This document shows, in pieces, positions 61,191 through 64,000 of a stretch of DNA of 64,000 bases. The stretch comes from Neocallimastix sp. 'constans' (Eukaryota). The position numbers and the translations under genes were made by a program. The stretch spans positions 310,001 through 374,000 of the forward strand of contig JBODTK010000147.1 in the NCBI GenBank assembly GCA_050613775.1. Reading direction: 5' to 3'. Under the pieces are notes generated by a model that saw only the letters and a list, made by a program, of their open reading frames with translations, made no database searches and had not been told where the DNA came from. Every line of letters begins with the position of its first letter. The stretch's first letter is position 1.

Positions 61191-63762
61191 TTTAGATTTT
61201 ATATTTGTTTTTGTTATTAGTAAATCATTAGATAATGTGAAAAGTGTATTAATAATATATTTTATGAAGCATTATAAAAAAGTTTAAAATACAAAAAAAA
61301 ATATATATTTATAAAGCTAATTTATAAGGCATTCATTACAACATATATATCTATTATTATTTTATTCTATTTTATTTTATTCTATTCCACTTTTTTTTTT
61401 TTTTTACTTCGAATAATTTTATTAAGTATTATTATAATAAATATAAAATTAATAAATAAAATATGTAATAACAACTGACAGCGATATTTTTTAGAATTGA
61501 CAATTTCTTATTTTTAAATTTGTTTTTATTATTTAAATTTTTTTTTAATAAAATTTTTAAAAGCTAACCTTTATTTATATTTCCATAAAGGTTAGGAAAG
61601 TATATTAAATTTTTTATAATAACAATAATATACAAATTATAAAAAAATAATAATATTAAAACAATTATAATAATTTCCTTAAATAATAATATTAAAAATA
61701 ATTAATAAAAAATAATAGTGCTGTTTTAATTTTAAACTCTTTACTTTTATTTTTTTAACTCTTGTAAATATATATGTAAATATATGTATATTTAATTTAA
61801 CTAAGTAAAGAGAAGGAACATGATGCTCATACTTAATGAAAGACTATAAAAGTTTTTTAAAGACATAATTTTTATATTAATAGAAAAAATAACAATAATT
61901 GAACATTTTATTTATAAGAAAGTTCTTGACGATTACTCAAATTATATAAGGATACGACTAAATAATTTTAAAAAAAATATTCATCATAAAATTATTATAT
62001 TTGATCCAAAATGTTCAAGCTTCTAAATATTATAATATTAAAAAAAAAAAAGTAATAATAATAATAGAATATAAATAGCATTTAGATGGTTTTTTAAAAT
62101 TCTTCCCAAAACATGAATAATAAGTAAAAATTTTGTAATATGAAATTTTATTTTAAAACAAGAACATAAAACAGTAATGTCTCGTTCATTCCAACCAATA
62201 ATAAATATAATTTAAGCAAGAGTAATGTTTTTTTTTTTTTTTTTTTTTAAAGAAAAGAATCAGTTTTTGTTATTACGTTTGAGTTGAGATGAAATAAAAT
62301 CTATTTTAATATCATTTTTATTTATATGAATATAAGAAAAATTTAAAAGGAATTTTTCAAAATGTACAAAATGGTACTTTGTCAGGCGCACATTAATTAT
62401 TATTAATTTTTGTTCTATTCAATTTATTTAATCTATTTAATTTGGGAATATTTAATTATTTTTAATTTTTTTTTTTTTAATTTGAAAATATTTTAATTTT
62501 TAAATTTATTTGACATTTTTATTCCTCCTATTTATAAATAATACATTATTTATATATTTTATACATTTTATATTATATATATATTTTAAATATTTTAAAT
62601 TTTTATATGTTTATATAAATTTTTAATTTTTACTTTTAATTTATAATATAAAATTTAAATATAAAATTTATGCCTGTTGGAACATGTATTAAGAGATATA
62701 GAAAAATATAAATCATATAATATCAAGTAAATGATATCAAGTATATATTGCAAAGCATTGACTCTAATGAAATTAAGAAATATTCAATATGAAATTAATA
62801 TAATGAAGAAGTATATAATATATAATAAAAAAGTATAAAATATATAATTAAGAAGTATAAAATATATAATTAAGAAGTCATTAAACAGTATAAAATATAT
62901 AAAATATATAAAATATAATAAATATAATAAATATAATAAATATAATAAATATAATAAATATAATAAATATAATAATTATAATAAATATATAAAATATAAT
63001 AAATATATAAAATATAATATATAATATATAAAATATAATAAATATATAAAATATAATAAATATATAAAATATATAAAATACTTTAATATAATAAATATAT
63101 GAAATATATAAAATATAAAATTTAAAAATAATTAATATATATATATAAATTATATAAATATTTATTTTTATTAATTATATTATATTATTTTATTATTTTG
63201 TTATTATTATTTTATTATTTTGTTATTTTATTATTTTGTTATTATTATTTTATTATTTTGTTATTATTTTTATTTTTTGGTAACTCTATTTTTTTTTCCC
63301 TTTATGGATCATTTAAAGTTTGTGGAAGGATGCTCATTTAATCTTTGTATATAATGAAGTGTAAAGAGAATATAAAATATAAAATTTTAACTATTTTTAA
63401 TTATCTGTTCTTCAATTTTTTTTTTTTTTTTTTTTTTTAAAAAAGTATAAATAGCAATTTATGAAAAAGTATCCAAAGAGAATTAGATATAAATAATACA
63501 TAGAATATAGAATATTTACATTACATATATGCAAAATAAAATATTTATAAATTATAATTACATAACACATAAATATATGTTAAATATATGTTAAATATAT
63601 GTAAACATATGTAAACATATGTAAATATATAATAGTAATAATACATAAATATATAAAAATTTAGTATATATAAACTACAAAAATTAAACTATTGAAATAT
63701 AAAGCATTGAAATAGAGAAATATATTTCATTTCTATTTCTATTAAATATAAGTTATATAAAA

Positions 63763-63821
<59 letters not shown>

Positions 63822-64000
63822 ATATGTAACCATAGCAACTACAACAAAAATAATAATAATAATAATAAAAAAAAAAACGAAAAACAAAAAAACACCCAAA
63901 TTCTATCTTTCCATAGTTCCAATAGGCAGAATATACAGAACATACAGTGAATTAAATCAAAGCTAATGCAAAGATATCTACTTCACCTTTGTATTGGTTT

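Noticed and set aside
61800..64000. Scattered complex patches (e.g. minus-strand IGWNERDITVLCS; NQYKGEVDIFALALI, weakly kinase-like, at the window end)
   Set aside because: Too short and interrupted by stops; no consistent exon model can be built within the window.

Overview
Extremely AT-rich eukaryotic DNA, most likely from an anaerobic gut fungus (Neocallimastigomycota). This is inferred from the base composition, the homopolymer/microsatellite spacers and the presequence-less 352-aa Ilv5-type ketol-acid reductoisomerase (KARI) of the kind known from Piromyces. The window holds: (1) a single-exon 3203-aa protein made almost entirely of ankyrin repeats; (2) seven intact, near-identical ILV5/ilvC copies, one on + and six in tandem on -, in ~2.8-3.0 kb units with conserved promoters and mosaic polymorphisms; (3) a prokaryote-type NSS/LeuT-family transporter transcribed divergently from the last ILV5 copy; (4) four Ty1/copia elements, two of them full length with LTRs and 5-bp target-site duplications; (5) a spliced gene that needs a 5-nt microexon to stay in frame. 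The full-length copia elements have primer-binding sites matching the anticodon arm of tRNA-Lys(CUU), a shared central polypurine tract and poly-Asn linkers. One copia remnant carries an 89-bp piece of the host alpha-COP gene inside its RT. Two GC-richer ~320-bp islands and a recurrent GTGCATTTCGCAATGTGGC motif remain unexplained. All comparisons were made by eye; no searches were run.
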